This document shows positions 12,140 to 24,407 of a DNA stretch of 64,000 nt, one piece after another. Below the pieces are notes generated by a model. The model ran no database searches and was not told where the DNA came from. It saw only the letters and a program-made list of their open reading frames with translations. The position numbers and the translations under genes were made by a program. The stretch is from Podarcis erhardii (Eukaryota). Position 1 is the first letter of the stretch, and every line of letters begins with the position of its first letter. The stretch lies in the NCBI GenBank assembly GCA_964252035.1, contig OZ176201.1, one strand, 5' to 3'.

Positions 12140-12319
12140 CATAGGAGCCAACTCCTAGGGGCTCAGGTCCCTTGGGCCCCCAAATAAAATATTGGAGGGG
12201 GCTACCTCCCAAAGTCGATGGGTATTGCCACTCAAATTATGTGTGTGCTGTGTCTCGTGATTGATTAGGTGGGGTGGGGAATGCTTCCCCCCAATATTTT
12301 ATTCAAGTTGGCACCCCTG
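12140..12319. mobile_element. hAT-type non-autonomous element
   Basis: Imperfect TIRs CATAGGAGCCAACT / CAGGGGTGCCAACT; flanks CCTTCCCT/CATTCCCT (register off by one base). Confidence 0.6.
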
Positions 12320-12454
12320 CATTCCCTTATGTGTGAGAAGCACCTGGAAAAAATGGACCCCCTTTCTGGGAGAACTGGGATCAGAATAGTGGAAATGCAA
12401 ACTCTTTTTTTCTTTGGCACTATCCATGCCTTAAATCAGAAGTGGGAACCATTT

Positions 12455-12665
12455 TCAACCATGGGCTGCGTATTTCAGGGTTGTGGGTTTGAGCCCCACG
12501 TTAAGCAAAAGATTCCTGCATTACAGGGGGTTGGGCTAGATGACCATATCTGTCAACTTTTCCCTTTTCTTGTGAGGAATCTTATTCAGAATAAGGAAAT
12601 TTCCCTTTAAAAAAGGGAAATGTTGACAGCTATGTAGATCACCCTTGTAGTCCTTTCTAACTCTG
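12455..12665 (+). mobile_element. tRNA-head/CR1-tail SINE interrupted by a 90-bp MITE
   Basis: cagggttgtgggtttgagccccacgtt...gattcctgcattacagggggttgggctagatgac, resuming as tagatcacccttgtagtcctttctaactct. Confidence 0.7.
12545..12634. mobile_element. 90-bp hairpin hAT-type MITE
   Basis: TIRs CATATCTGTCAAC / CATAGCTGTCAAC; TSD TAGATGAC/TAGATCAC. Confidence 0.82.
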
Positions 12666-12862
12666 GCCTGTGGAGAATCCTGAGGCCCAGATAGAGATGC
12701 CTAGAGGCCTGCATTTGGGCCCTGCACCTGAGGTTGCCCATCCCTGCCTTAAATTTGCCAGCTGTTAGCTGAGGCTAGCCTCCAATTGTGCTGAAATTGT
12801 AAAGTAAATGTCCTTAAATGAGAGCTGGCATAGTATCACTGTTAAGTGTATGACTTGCAAAG

Positions 12863-12940
12863 TCATAGAAGCATAGAACTGTAGAGTTGGAAGGACCCCT
12901 GAGGGTCATCTAGTCCAACCCCCTGCAATGCAGGAATCTC
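12863..12940 (-). mobile_element. CR1-type 3' tail / SINE fragment
   Basis: catagaactgtagagttggaaggacccctgagggtcatctagtccaaccccctgcaatgcaggaatc is the reverse complement of the SINE tail at 3460-3855. Confidence 0.8.
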
Positions 12941-13735
12941 AATGTGCTCAGTTGAAAATTTCCTGACCTATGACGTCACAGAGCAGTCTTAGGCAGCACG
13001 TAGCAAAGGTATTGCTCAGGCTGTAAATCTTAATCTGATTTAAGCAATTGGGATTGCAATTTGCTTCACAGTCCTAGCCTGAGCCTAGGACATTGGTAGT
13101 ACAGCTGACAACAAAAGCTGGCTGTATTTGATTCAGACGAAGGCACTTGTATCTCTGCCAACGATGCTCTCCTGTGTTATGATTTTGAAGCTGAAGTTTA
13201 GACACTGGTGCCTTTCATGTCCTTTCCCCCCTATTAACAAAAGTGAACAAGTTCAATAACGAAAGGGCACCAATGAGTATCTTCAAATACAGGGGGCTGA
13301 AAATGGAACTCTGTGGCCATACATCTGCAAGTCTCTAGGCATTGTCTGAACATATGCAAGCTTGCATGGCTTTGTCTGTCATTATACCTTTTCAAAAGTG
13401 AAAATTGCAGCAACAAAGGACTTATTGCTTATGAGAAATTAGTTCCATTTGATTTTTTTCCCCTTTGCTTATCAAGAGAAGGCACTGAAGACTGGGCCCT
13501 CAGCTAAAACTAGCATCTCTTTAGCACTGCTTTCAGGACATGGTTCCAGCAACTACTTGTTTTTCATTTCCAAATAAATTTTCTTAATTGTTGGAATTTA
13601 TTTATACTGTTGTTTTTAATGTTATGATGTTTAGTCTTTATTTTTATACACTGCTTTGTGAGAGCTCCTGTGCCCTGAAAGTTTACCAAGGGATCTTTTA
13701 ATAAAGTTCACATTCCAACTGATATATAGCATATA

Positions 13736-14084
13736 AAAGGTAAAGGGACCCCTGACCATTAGGTCCAGTCGTGACCGACTCTGGGGTTGCGGTGCTCATC
13801 TTGCTTTATTGGCCGAGGGAAGCGGCATACAGCTTCCAGGTCGTGGTCAGCATGACTAAGCCACTTCTGGTGAACCAGAGCAGCGCACAGAAACACCATT
13901 TACCTTCCCGCCGGAGCGGTACCTATTTATCTACTTGCAATTTGATGTGCTTTCGAACTGCTAGGTTGGCAGGAGCAGGGACCGAGCAACGGGAGCTCAC
14001 CCCGTCATGGGAATTCGAACCACTGACCTTCTGATCGGCAAGCCCTAGGCTCTGTGGTTTAACTCACAGCGCCACTCGCGTCCC
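13736..14084 (-). mobile_element. Full-length Sauria-type SINE with 13-bp TSD
   Basis: Complete element from aaaggtaaagggacccc to gcgccactcgcgtccc; perfect TSD TATATAGCATATA at 13723-13735 and 14085-14097. Confidence 0.95.
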
Positions 14085-14984
14085 TATATAGCATATAGCT
14101 GTGGCTTAAAGGCACCCTATTTATTTTGCATACCTTTACTAGTTTTCAGCCTGAATTTAAACATATCCCGTGTAGTTCAGTGGAACTTCCTTCCTAGTAA
14201 GCATGCTTAGTGTCACCTATTTGAAAAGTTTTATTTCAATCAAAGGGATTTAAATCAAAAGGATTTTCTAAAAGTGCTTCGGCTCAGAATACCAGTTATC
14301 CTGTAAGTAGTAATTTTTCCTAGGTACACAAATAAATAGCAAACCTCCTTTCTGTATGTCCTATCAAATTTATTTCTTGCATTTCAGATTTTTTAAAGCT
14401 TATTCATGTGTGTTGACATAATTCTAAGCAGCTTTAAGTCTTTTTAAGGTAGTTTGGGAACTGATGAGTGGGCCTATCAGTAAGCATTTTGGGCCCTCTA
14501 GTGGAATCTATTTTGAGCTTTGCTTTCTGGAATTGCGAAAACCGATACTGGGCATATTCCTGACTTCCTCTCAACTTGCTGCAGTATAAAATTCTATTTT
14601 TTTAAGATTTATTTAAAAATGGCGGCCTCGCCGGCCGGTAGATCAGTACTGTATTATGGGGTTACTGCAGCCCTCTAAGCAATATAGAAGATCCTGGTTC
14701 TAATGTATGCAGGACCATCTTTCGCCAACCAGAACATTTCCTTCCTGAAAGAAAGCACACACTGCAGGAGTTTATTCTTATTTTTGTTCTTGTCCATGGA
14801 GAGAAATCTTGCTAATATTCGAGAACATGCAATCCAGATTACATTTTTTTTTTTAAAAAAAATAAAAGATGGTGCTCTGAATTTCTTCCTGCTCTGTAAT
14901 TATTCCAGTTCCTCAATCACTTAACAGGAAAGTAAAAGTTTAGGGTGGCAACTTCTGTCCCCCATTATTTCACCAGGAACTGCC

Positions 14985-15660
14985 TTAGTCTACGCGCTGC
15001 AGTAGAAGCGCCACGCTCCATCTCTGCAGGGCTCTTCGCCTGCAGCCACAAAGCCACTTGCTACGGAGAAACAGTGACAATGACTTCTAAGCAATCAGCC
15101 ATAAGACTGCCTTACATGGCAACGTAAGGGATCCCTCTCCCCCGCCAACGAGCCGCTCTACGCAAACCCCAACCCTACAGCGCCAAGGCCTTCCCGCCCG
15201 CCTCCCTTGGCGCTACGGCCACGCTGATTGGCCGGGGAGGCTCCACGTCCACCCCTCCGAGACGAGGGCGTGACGTCACCGACGCTCCTTTCTCCAAGCG
15301 TCTTGGCTTCGCTCCTGCAAAGGAAACAGGAAGTGACGTAAGGGGGAGCGCGGCGCGTGAACGACGCGGCGTCAGGAAGTAGTGGAGTTGCGGGTAGAGA
15401 CGTGATAGGTACGGGCCTCTGAGGGAGAGAAACGGGGCAGTGGGTGAAGTGGGGCTTCGAGGGTGTAGCTCCTGGGTTACCTGCCTTAGGATATGCTTCA
15501 GGGGCGGGGAAGCTACGGGGAGCCACCTTGCTTAACCAAGGGCCCCCAATTCTTGATCACTGGCTCCTGTCAGCACTAAGGGTGAAGAGGACCGAGGGGG
15601 GACCGCCTCGAATCCGTGAAATAAGGACGTGGTGTGGGGGTTTTTTTGGTGTGCGGCTTT
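14985..15660 (+). promoter_or_regulatory. TTC1: TTC1 CpG-island promoter
   Basis: CpG-rich and TATA-less; X-box-like TTACATGGCAAC 15112-15123; GC box 15193-15198; reverse CCAAT 15224-15233; palindromic CRE GTGACGTCAC 15270-15279; overlapping ETS-CRE GGAAGTGACGT 15329-15339; second ETS CAGGAAGT 15373-15380. Confidence 0.85.
15340..15408 (+). other. TTC1: TTC1 non-coding exon 1 (TSS approximate)
   Basis: Donor TAG|GTACGG at 15409 just downstream of the promoter motifs; no ATG in the exon. Confidence 0.6.
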
Positions 15661-16537
15661 AGCAGCTCTGCGAGGAGGAATTTGCAAAATGTCTCTCTAG
15701 CTTCACTGGTCTGGCAGCCCATAGCTGCTGTTCCTGGTGGGGCGGTCGTGGGTTCAGTTGCCAGTCACGTTTGAGGCTTGGGTGTCTACGGGCATGATTT
15801 GAATGTGAGGAGTTGCCGGGATTACTTCAAAAGCCAAGCCTGTTCTCGCGGGTGGGAGAAGAGGAAGGGAGGGGGAGGTTACATGGTTTTTTGAAATTTC
15901 TTTCAGTTGCTTTATAATTATTATTAATATTTTAAAGGCATGACATAAACCTGTAAAACAAATAAATGGGAATATTGGGGTAAGAGCCATAATCGATTGG
16001 GAGGGCACTTTTTTTGCACATTGAAGTCCAGGGTTTAATCCCTCGTGTCTCCAGTTAACATACAAAATTGAGGTAGCAAGGCTCACCCTGGGGAGAGTCA
16101 GAGAAGACAGTGGTGGACTATGTAGGCTGATGATCTGACTTTAAATAATAAGGCAGTTTCATGTGTCAATATTTTAGTAGGTTCAGTAACTGGTGGAGTT
16201 GCATCTGGGAACAGTTTCTCATCATGTTGCTACTAAAGGCACTGGATTACTGTTGAAATACATTATAATCTTGTTCAAACTACAATAGCATAAATTTGTA
16301 CCAAATCCCATTTTATAGTTTAGCTTGCTTTGGGAAAGTACTGCTTTGAGAATGATGAAGCTAAAATGGTGGAGGGGAAGTATCTCTAGATACAACTATC
16401 AGTTTATAGCTGATTCTGTGATTAGATGTCTTAAGATTTTGCCAGCATTGTATAAAGATTTCATATCTGTTGGCATATGTAATTTTTCTTTCTGTGTTTG
16501 TTTGTTGAAGGCAGAAAATCAACTTTGTAAGCTCAAC

Positions 16538-16852
16538 ATGGAATCTGAAGATTCAATTTCTCCTGAAAAATTAGTTGAGGGTTTGAAACTCTCAGAGGAA
16601 CAAAGCAATCCTTCACAGCCAGATTGTAATAATGTGCATGTCCCCAAAATCGCCAAAGAAGGAGTGAGTCAGCTGCCTCACTCTGAGTCCAGAGAAGACG
16701 AAGACCTCTTCCATGACTGTAATGACTCTTTTGAAGCAGGAGTTGCAGAAGAGAATCACAATAATAAGGCAGATCCTTTAGAAAATGAAATCGAGCTAGA
16801 TGAAAAGGACTTATTAGAACTAGAGAAAAATATGTCTGAGGAAGAAAAACAG
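16538..16852 (+). CDS. TTC1: TTC1 coding exon 1 (acidic N-terminus, 105 aa; exon starts ~16511)
   Basis: Acceptor ttgttgaag|gcag; ATG in AACATGG context; MESEDSISPEKL...FHDCNDSFE...LLELEKNMSEEEKQ matches the TTC1 N-terminus; donor CAG|GTATGC. Confidence 0.93.
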
Positions 16853-18696
16853 GTATGCTTTAATGAAACTACAAATGTTTCTTTAACATTGTGTTGATTA
16901 GCACTCTGATTTTAATGATATTTCTTTGGAAGTATGTCCCATTGATTTAAGTGCAACAAAGTTCCAAGGAGTATGTTTTGAATTTTAGCTTTTCTAGTAT
17001 TCACCGTATGTTTTAAAAAATGAAATCTTTCAACATAGTCCTGCTCTTTTTTTAATTGGAAATAGCATTTGTTGATTTCAGTCAAATTTACTCCCACCTA
17101 CAGCAGCCAATTCCTGTTCATCCTTTTTTGGAAGTAAATCCTTTTCAGCTTAGTGGGGCTTATTGGCAAGTGTGCAATGAAATCATTGTGCATGCAGAAC
17201 TACTTAAATGAATCCATTGTGCTCTTGGAAGTCATTCCATGCACACAATGGATTGCAGTTGGATTGCAATCTTTTCAGGGCACAGGTTCTCTCCCCCCCC
17301 CCCCCCCGTTTCATGCTTGAGGTTTGGAGGGTTTGTGATTAAATTCCAGCACTGTGACTCTCCACACCCACAGCTTGTGTCATTTGTCAAGATAAAGGAA
17401 TCCACAGAGACATTTCTTGTTTTCCTATATGTCAGCCTTCCCCAACCTGATGCCTTCCAGATATTTTGGACTACTACTCCCATCAGCCCTAGCCATCACA
17501 GCACCTAGTTAGGGAATGTTGCTATATGTGATTGCAAGCAGACTCATTATTTGCTCATTTTTGTCTGCGTTATCCATATTTGTCAGAGACACCAACTTTT
17601 CCCTTACCACTCCTTTGTTGTGTTTCTGTTTGTCTTCTGATTGTTCTGTTCCACTTGCTCTCTGTCATCTTAAAACAGAAATGTGCAGTGTGTGCCTGCT
17701 GGACAATTGTGTGCAGGCTGTACTTTTAAAAAAATTCTTGTGTTAGACTCTTCTAGATTTTTAAGTGTCGTTTGACTTATCTGAGTTGTCTGATTCATTT
17801 CAGGATTTAGAAAAGGCAACTGTTAAAAGTTTAAAAAGCTGTGCTTGTTGGTGGTGGGTGAGATTATTGCTAATGTCAGAACTGCTAGAAGACACATATG
17901 ATCTTGCTTGTTTGTGACATGATTGTCTGGATTTGGGCTTTTCACCTTTGCAAGCAATGCTTATTCAGTAGCAAGAATATTCATCTAAAATAAAAGTTAA
18001 TCTTTTAATTATTTTGTTATGTTTATCATTCAACAAAAGCAACAGTGGTTTTGTCAATCAGTTTATGTGCAATGAACAAAGGGTAGGTTGGGGAATTCTA
18101 AGACTGGATAACTAAGGTTAATAAAGGGATTAAAAAGCATTCCTCAAGCAAGGCTGCTTTTTAGGGTTCAGACACAGTCATTTCTCCTTTTATATCAAGA
18201 AAGATGTGCAACAGTGACTCAGCAGTATATAAACAACGAGGCCTCTGTTTGCATTTAAAAACAAAATCAGATTCTTCACTGGGTAACATACAACTCGTGT
18301 CTAGTAAAGCTAGACTCTCTATTATATTAAAATTGTGTAAATATTTACTTTGCAGAGTTATCTTTCTGCTAGTCATTAGATGAGCAAGGTTGCTTGTACT
18401 TACACGCTTACTGCTGGACTGTTTGCTCCATGTACTGTATCTTTTTAGCTTTCAGCCATGGTTAATGACAGAAAAATATTATCAAGGAAGTGCATTCCTG
18501 TTCAAATGTATGTTTCCTAACCTGTAGTATTTTCCCTTACATTCAAATTTTTATTTCCCATCAATTACCAGCAAAACCACAAAACTAAATTTTATTTTCA
18601 TCGAATGAATGCTTACTAAAATTTGGAGGTGTATGGCTGGGTAGTAGAAAATGTTGTTGGCCCTGATTTCTCTAAAAGAGAAAGGAAATCATTAAT

Positions 18697-18700
<4 letters not shown>

Positions 18701-18743
<43 letters not shown>
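18701..18743. repeat. (AT)21 microsatellite
   Basis: Uninterrupted AT run seen directly. Confidence 0.95.
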
Positions 18744-18747
<4 letters not shown>

Positions 18748-20193
18748 TTTCTCTAATTGCTCTGTTAACTTTTCTCTAATTGAATAGGCATTTTTTGGCT
18801 GTATATATTTGAAAGATTATAACTTTCCTTTCTTTAAAATGGAAGTTTTTTCCCACAGTAAAAAATTGGAAAACCTCCATGGTAAGGCACTTCAAAAAAT
18901 CCAGAGAATAAAATGAAATTTATCTTACGACAGTTCCTTTCTGTACTGTGGTAGCAAGCTAAATCCTGAGTGTGTTGGGCAATCAGTTTTAAGTAGTATG
19001 CATTAAAGCAGAGAATGAACAAAAAGAGGTAGGTGTGTGTGTTGATACACTTGATTTCAAGTTAAATGCAGGGTCTGTTGCCTTTCAAGCCCTCTATTTA
19101 TTGGCTGAGCTCTTATGATGTCACAGGACCTGAACTAGGAAGCAGAAATTGGCTCAGCGGCCAGGAGAGTAGTATGCTGGCTGTCATGGATGTGAGGATG
19201 AAAGAACTATTGTGGGGCGGGGGGGGGGGACCTTAGGGAATGGGGAGAGGGCAGAAAAGATGAGGAACTAGAGACTAGTGAAAAGAGGATTAAGGGGGGA
19301 GGAGGGGGCCAAGGGAAGGAATGGATAGAGAGGCAGAGGTTTGAAAAAGTTGAGAAATTAGTAAAAGGGTAGAAGGTGTTGGTGGCTAGACATCTTCCTG
19401 CCTCCACAAGACATTGGTTGAGCTCCTATGTCACAAGGTAGTCCAGGGTGGAAAGTCTTATATGGGATTTGGGAACAGAAGAGCATGTGGTAGTTAGTGA
19501 AAAGAGATGGAGGGCTGTAATTCTTGAAAGCTTATTTTTCCACAAAAGTTGACTGTTCCTTGTTTTACCAAAGAACATATAGCAGAAATAATCATAAACA
19601 ATAAACAATTTCTATGTACCTTAGGTCAATTCTTCATTCACTTTTTTCCCCTCCCAAGTGGGTGAATAGTTTTTGTGGTTGGAACTACAAACAACTCCAG
19701 CCTTGGTTTGGGGAAGTCTCTATTGGCCTTAGTGCCTCATCTGTAAAATGCAAAGTGACCTCTGTTTCACAGGATTCAGAGATCAAGAAATAATTTTATT
19801 TTATTTTTAATGTAAAGGATTTGTCATAAACAAGCACTTGGTAGGTTCTCCTTACCTAAGGAAGAGCCTCCTACCATTTAAGCTAGGAAAATGAAATTTG
19901 CTATGGTTATGGTTTGCCTACTGTTTGCATTTGTGGATAGCCAAGCCTCAAGAACTCTTGGGCCTTTTTGGCGGGGAGAAGACTTCACTCAAATTTTGAA
20001 ACATGTCTCCTTTTTAGAAATCAGAACATTAAAAAGTATGTACAAAATAGCTAGGCAAAATACTAAATAATAGATGGGTTTTTGGATAGCTATTTCCATA
20101 TTTCAGGTTGCAGTTTCCTTTGTGATATCAAATAATAAGCTATTTTGCTTACTTGCTTCAGATATTTATTATGTGGTCTTCTTTGTATTACAG

Positions 20194-20254
20194 AGGAGAA
20201 GAAATGAGAGCACAAAATTAAAAGAAGAAGGAAATGAACAGTTCAAGAAAGGAG
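20194..20254 (+). CDS. TTC1: TTC1 coding exon 2 (61 nt)
   Basis: tacag|AGG...GGAG|gtgggt; RRRNESTKLKEEGNEQFKKG, the start of TPR1. Confidence 0.95.
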
Positions 20255-21441
20255 GTGGGTGAATTACAACTATGTAATACCCAAATTGTGGTCAGTCTAA
20301 AGACAAATGCTATGTAGAATTTGTCATCTGTGCAGGTGATTGATGCGGTCCTTATAGGTGTTTATGTAGTCTTCTTATGACCAGCCATATTTGGAATACA
20401 TACCCCTGGAGAAGATTTCATTTTATACCTTACCACTGTATTTGGGAATTCTCTTTTAAGGGTTCTGGGAGTTAAGATCCCAGAACTGCAGTCATACTTG
20501 TGCTTACTTGGGATTAAATCCATTGTAGATTTTGAGGCAACTGTGCCATTGATCCCCCCCCCTTAATCAGTCTTTGGAAAACAGCTCTGAGCGAGTTGTT
20601 GCCATTTTCTTAAATATGTTTAGTACTTCTGCAAACCTCGGGATTCCTCATATCCTGCTGAAAGTCTTCTTGTCTTTGCATGGTGCCATTTTGGGGCGCA
20701 TAAAGGTTGGCACTCAGAGAATGAGTGCACTTTCAGCAAGGGTCTTCACATTTTGTTTGACCTTAATAGATGGGCTTGCCATCACTCTGTTTTATTCTGA
20801 AGAAATACATCACACCATGCTCTAGGCCCAGTGACTTGATGGTGGGGGGAATCCCTTGCGCTCTTCCCTGGCTCAGTGCTGGGAAGCAGGGTAAGGAGCC
20901 ATACTACTTCTGCTGAATCACAGTGCTTGTCCAAAAGGAGAAAGGTCTTCTTGCCTCTCCAGTATCTCCAAGGCTCGGTGTCAGGAGAATAGACCTTGTT
21001 TGTATCTGTATTCCAGGTTGCCAGAATTATATTTTAGTTGCCTTAGCAACTAAAACAAAGTGTATTTGTGGAGCCTTGCCCTACTCTTAACTCCTCTTCC
21101 TTAATGATGTCTCCTAATTGTCTTGGGGTAGTCCTGTCTACCATGAGCAGCTCCTCACCTTTGTTAAAGATGTTGTAATGTGCTATTACTGGCCCCTAAG
21201 CCCTTGAAAGGGTTGGTATGAGAGTCTGAACATTTGGGAATGCTTCTAGTTAATCCTCCTAGTTATCCTTGATGACTGTTGCTCGGACTGGGATACATTG
21301 CTTTTTTGTTTATTTTAGCAGTGTATTTTTTCTGAAAAATTAAATTGGGGGGGGGGGGTTGATGCTAGGCATGCCTTCAAGGCATCAATTCTTGTGTGTG
21401 CACTTACTGTCTTCGATCTTGACATTTCATTTAAACTGCAG

Positions 21442-21554
21442 AATATAAAGAAGCTGAAGATGCTTATGCAAGAGCTCTGCAGGTTTGTCCAGCCTGCTGT
21501 AACACAGACAGATCCATTTTGTATTCAAACAGAGCTGCAGCAAGAATGAAACAG
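21442..21554 (+). CDS. TTC1: TTC1 coding exon 3 (113 nt)
   Basis: tgcag|AA...CAG|gtaatg; (E)YKEAEDAYARALQVCPACCNTDRSILYSNRAAARMKQ, TPR1 into TPR2. Confidence 0.95.
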
Positions 21555-22658
21555 GTAATGCCCAAGACAGTGAAGTAGCAAGAATGAATGAATGTGATTA
21601 TTGTTTTCATCTTCCCTTTCAGCTATAAACTTGACAGCTGAAGGCATTTTTTTCTCTTAGACTTTTTTTCTCACTGTGGGAGAACATGGGAACAGTGCTG
21701 AGTAGAAAAAGTAAATCTTGGACCTCTGTTAAGCAGGCAGGTCAGCACAGTCTTACTTCCAGAGTTAAGAGGTTCCCTCAGACCTTTGGTATATGTCATG
21801 ACTCATGAGTGACCAGTCTTTTCCTCGCTTGGGGAAGTGGTAGAGATGGACGGGGCTTAGGCAGTTGCACAGCAGTTGTAGTTGCCTGGAGATCCTCATC
21901 CAAGCTGGGCCAACCCTGCAACCCTTCCTGCAACCCCCAGGGCAAGAAAGGCAGGCAAGGATGCTTGAGTGCCACTGCTCAACTGGGCGTGCTTTCTAAT
22001 GGCTCTTCTCTTGAGTGAGGTGGGCAGGGAAGTGCTCCATGCTGCTGCTTGAAGGTGCTTGGGATGCTTTCAAGCAGCAGTGAACAACCTGATGCGTTCC
22101 TCCTTGGTCCTTCTGTTGAGAAGGGGGTGTTGGATGCTGATGCTGGAAGGCACGTTCAGGCAAACCAGGTGTGCTGTCCTTGGGAAAGATTGGTGTGGGG
22201 TGGTGGGGCTTGCTTAGCAAGGATGTTCACTGGAGACTGCAATATTTGGCTTGACCAGCAAGGCCAGCCAAAAGCTCCACCATACCAACTATTTAAATCA
22301 AGAGAGTAAATCAATATTAACACGGTCTATTGCATCAACAATTTTGATTGTATTCCTAGTATGCTTTTATTTTACTTACTGCTGAATGTACAGCAGAACG
22401 TACAGCAGTTTGGTACATTTGCATGCTGTAAGTCCCCTTGTGGAAGAGCTCGCCAACAAATGCTGATCATACTTTTCTTAGCCTCTAAGTAGTTTAGCCA
22501 AATTAGTCCCCTCACAGCTTTAGAATTTGTCATCCAAAACATTCTGTTACACTGCAAACATTAAAATATATGAATAAGTATCACAAAGAATAAGTATTTA
22601 GCATTTCTATAAAAATACTGTTTGGTGTTAAATGTTAATGCCACCTCTTCTTTTACAG

Positions 22659-22695
22659 GACAAGAGGGAAATTGCCATAAGTGACTGCAGCAAAG
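22659..22695 (+). CDS. TTC1: TTC1 coding exon 4 (37 nt)
   Basis: tttacag|GAC...AAAG|gtagt; DKREIAISDCSK. Confidence 0.93.
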
Positions 22696-23580
22696 GTAGT
22701 GTTTTCCTGTTCTTGTGCTCTGTCAAAAGCATGTTGTCTTGGTAAGACTGTTATCTAGACTGTTATCTACTTGAGAGGCACCCCACCAGCGGAGGTATAG
22801 AGATGAACCCAGTTAAAAATGGTGATGGAGGTGGAATTTGCTCTAATCAGTTGGCAAATTCTTTTATTGACATCTAATATCTCTTTGGAAGTTGCTGTAT
22901 TCTTTGTCATAGCAATTTTCTGTGGAGTTCCATAATTCAGTTTTCCACTAGCTAAATACAGATTTTTGCTTCTGGAACTATTGTGATTCAGCATTCCCAC
23001 TTTTATTTTAGGTAAAAGTTTATTATCTGGAGGCTTTTTATGTGAAGCTTTTACTGTATATTATATCCAGCCTCCCTGCCCACATGTCTGTCAGAATGTT
23101 TTTATTCATGTCGTGTGATTTCTTCTGTCCTCCTTTCATACTTGTACTTTATCACCCCTAAAATGGTCGGTTTCTTTCATTCCTCCTCCCTTCTCCTTTT
23201 ACATGTCCTTCTCCATCCTAGAACAGCATTCCTCTCTTACCCTCTGTCTTCTTATTCCAAATTTGTTTTTTCTCTCTTAAATTATTCACCTTTTATGTCT
23301 TTCTAGTTTTCTTCAACATCTCCTGTAGCCCTTTCCTCTCGGAAGGAGGACCCCCCCCCCCGCCACTGGAGGGGTCTCCAGTGGTCTTCCAACCACCTTT
23401 ATTCAGCTGGCGCTAGCATTGGTCTAACCAAAGAGCTATCACATGGACAGAGATGTGAGGCAGAGAGACTGGGTAGCTTGTGGAACTGAGACCCACTTGA
23501 AAGCAGATTGAGACCCACAGGTGGTTCCTGGCCCATGGAATGAGAAACATTTATTTAAAGTTTTAAAGTTTATTTAAATG

Positions 23581-23671
23581 TCAGGAGTGCTCTGATGGTG
23601 TTTCCTGCTTGGCAGGGGGTTGGACTCGATGGCCCTTGTGGTCTCTTCCAACTCTGTGATTCTATGATTCT
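23581..23671 (+). mobile_element. CR1 3' terminal fragment
   Basis: ttcctgcttggcagggggttggactcgatggccctt...ttccaactctgtgattctatgattct, a CR1-type tail. Confidence 0.8.
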
Positions 23672-24258
23672 AAGTGGGGTTGGGGAGCTGCATTTGGCTG
23701 ACCCCTCCAGGCCAAATTTGATAGATGGGAGGGTGCTGCCCACCTGCTAATTAACTGGTGTCTTAAGGTGGCAGGCGACCCATTTTTGCCAGCATGGTTT
23801 GAAATCAGACCATACAGGCAAAGGCACAGCCTGCAAAGTGCCAACGTTTAGCAGGTCATTAGGTCTTGTCCTGGGTGATGGAGTATCCAGCTAGCCTCAC
23901 TCCTGTAAGAGCAGAGCTGCTTGTTTTCCTTGAAGATCTCCATGGACACGCATGTGTAGCATGAAATCATGTTGTGTATATGGCTTGATCTTGCACTTAG
24001 AAAGTAAATCAAGTTCAAGATGGTCCACAAAGGGTTTTGATCACTTATATTTGCTATAACTGTACATTAAAGCAAACAATAAAATGACTAATTATTAATC
24101 CATTTGCGTATGGTTCACGCTAGATCATAGCTTCTACTGCCAGCACTATCCTATAGCCTGACACTAGCTCAACTAGAACATGCTGGAGATGCCATAGGCT
24201 TTGAAGTAAAAAGTTTCCTACCTTTATTTTCTGCTATTTCTTTAATTCTGTTTTATAG

Positions 24259-24407
24259 CCCTGGAATTAAATCCAAACTATATCAAGGCACTGCTCAGGA
24301 GAGCAGAACTATATGAAAAAACAGAAAAGCTGGATGAAGCTTTAGAAGACTACAAAAACTTGTTGGAAAAAGACCCATCAATCCATCAAGCAAGAGAAGC
24401 TTGTATG
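24259..24407 (+). CDS. TTC1: TTC1 coding exon 5 (149 nt)
   Basis: ttatag|CC...ATG|gtacgt; (A)LELNPNYIKALLRRAELYEKTEKLDEALEDYKNLLEKDPSIHQAREACM, containing TPR3. Confidence 0.95.

Noticed and set aside
16325-16537. N-terminal extension of the 190-aa ORF upstream of TTC1 Met
   Set aside because: It runs through the polypyrimidine tract and acceptor at 16510, so it is intronic. Similarity to TTC1 starts at ATG 16538.
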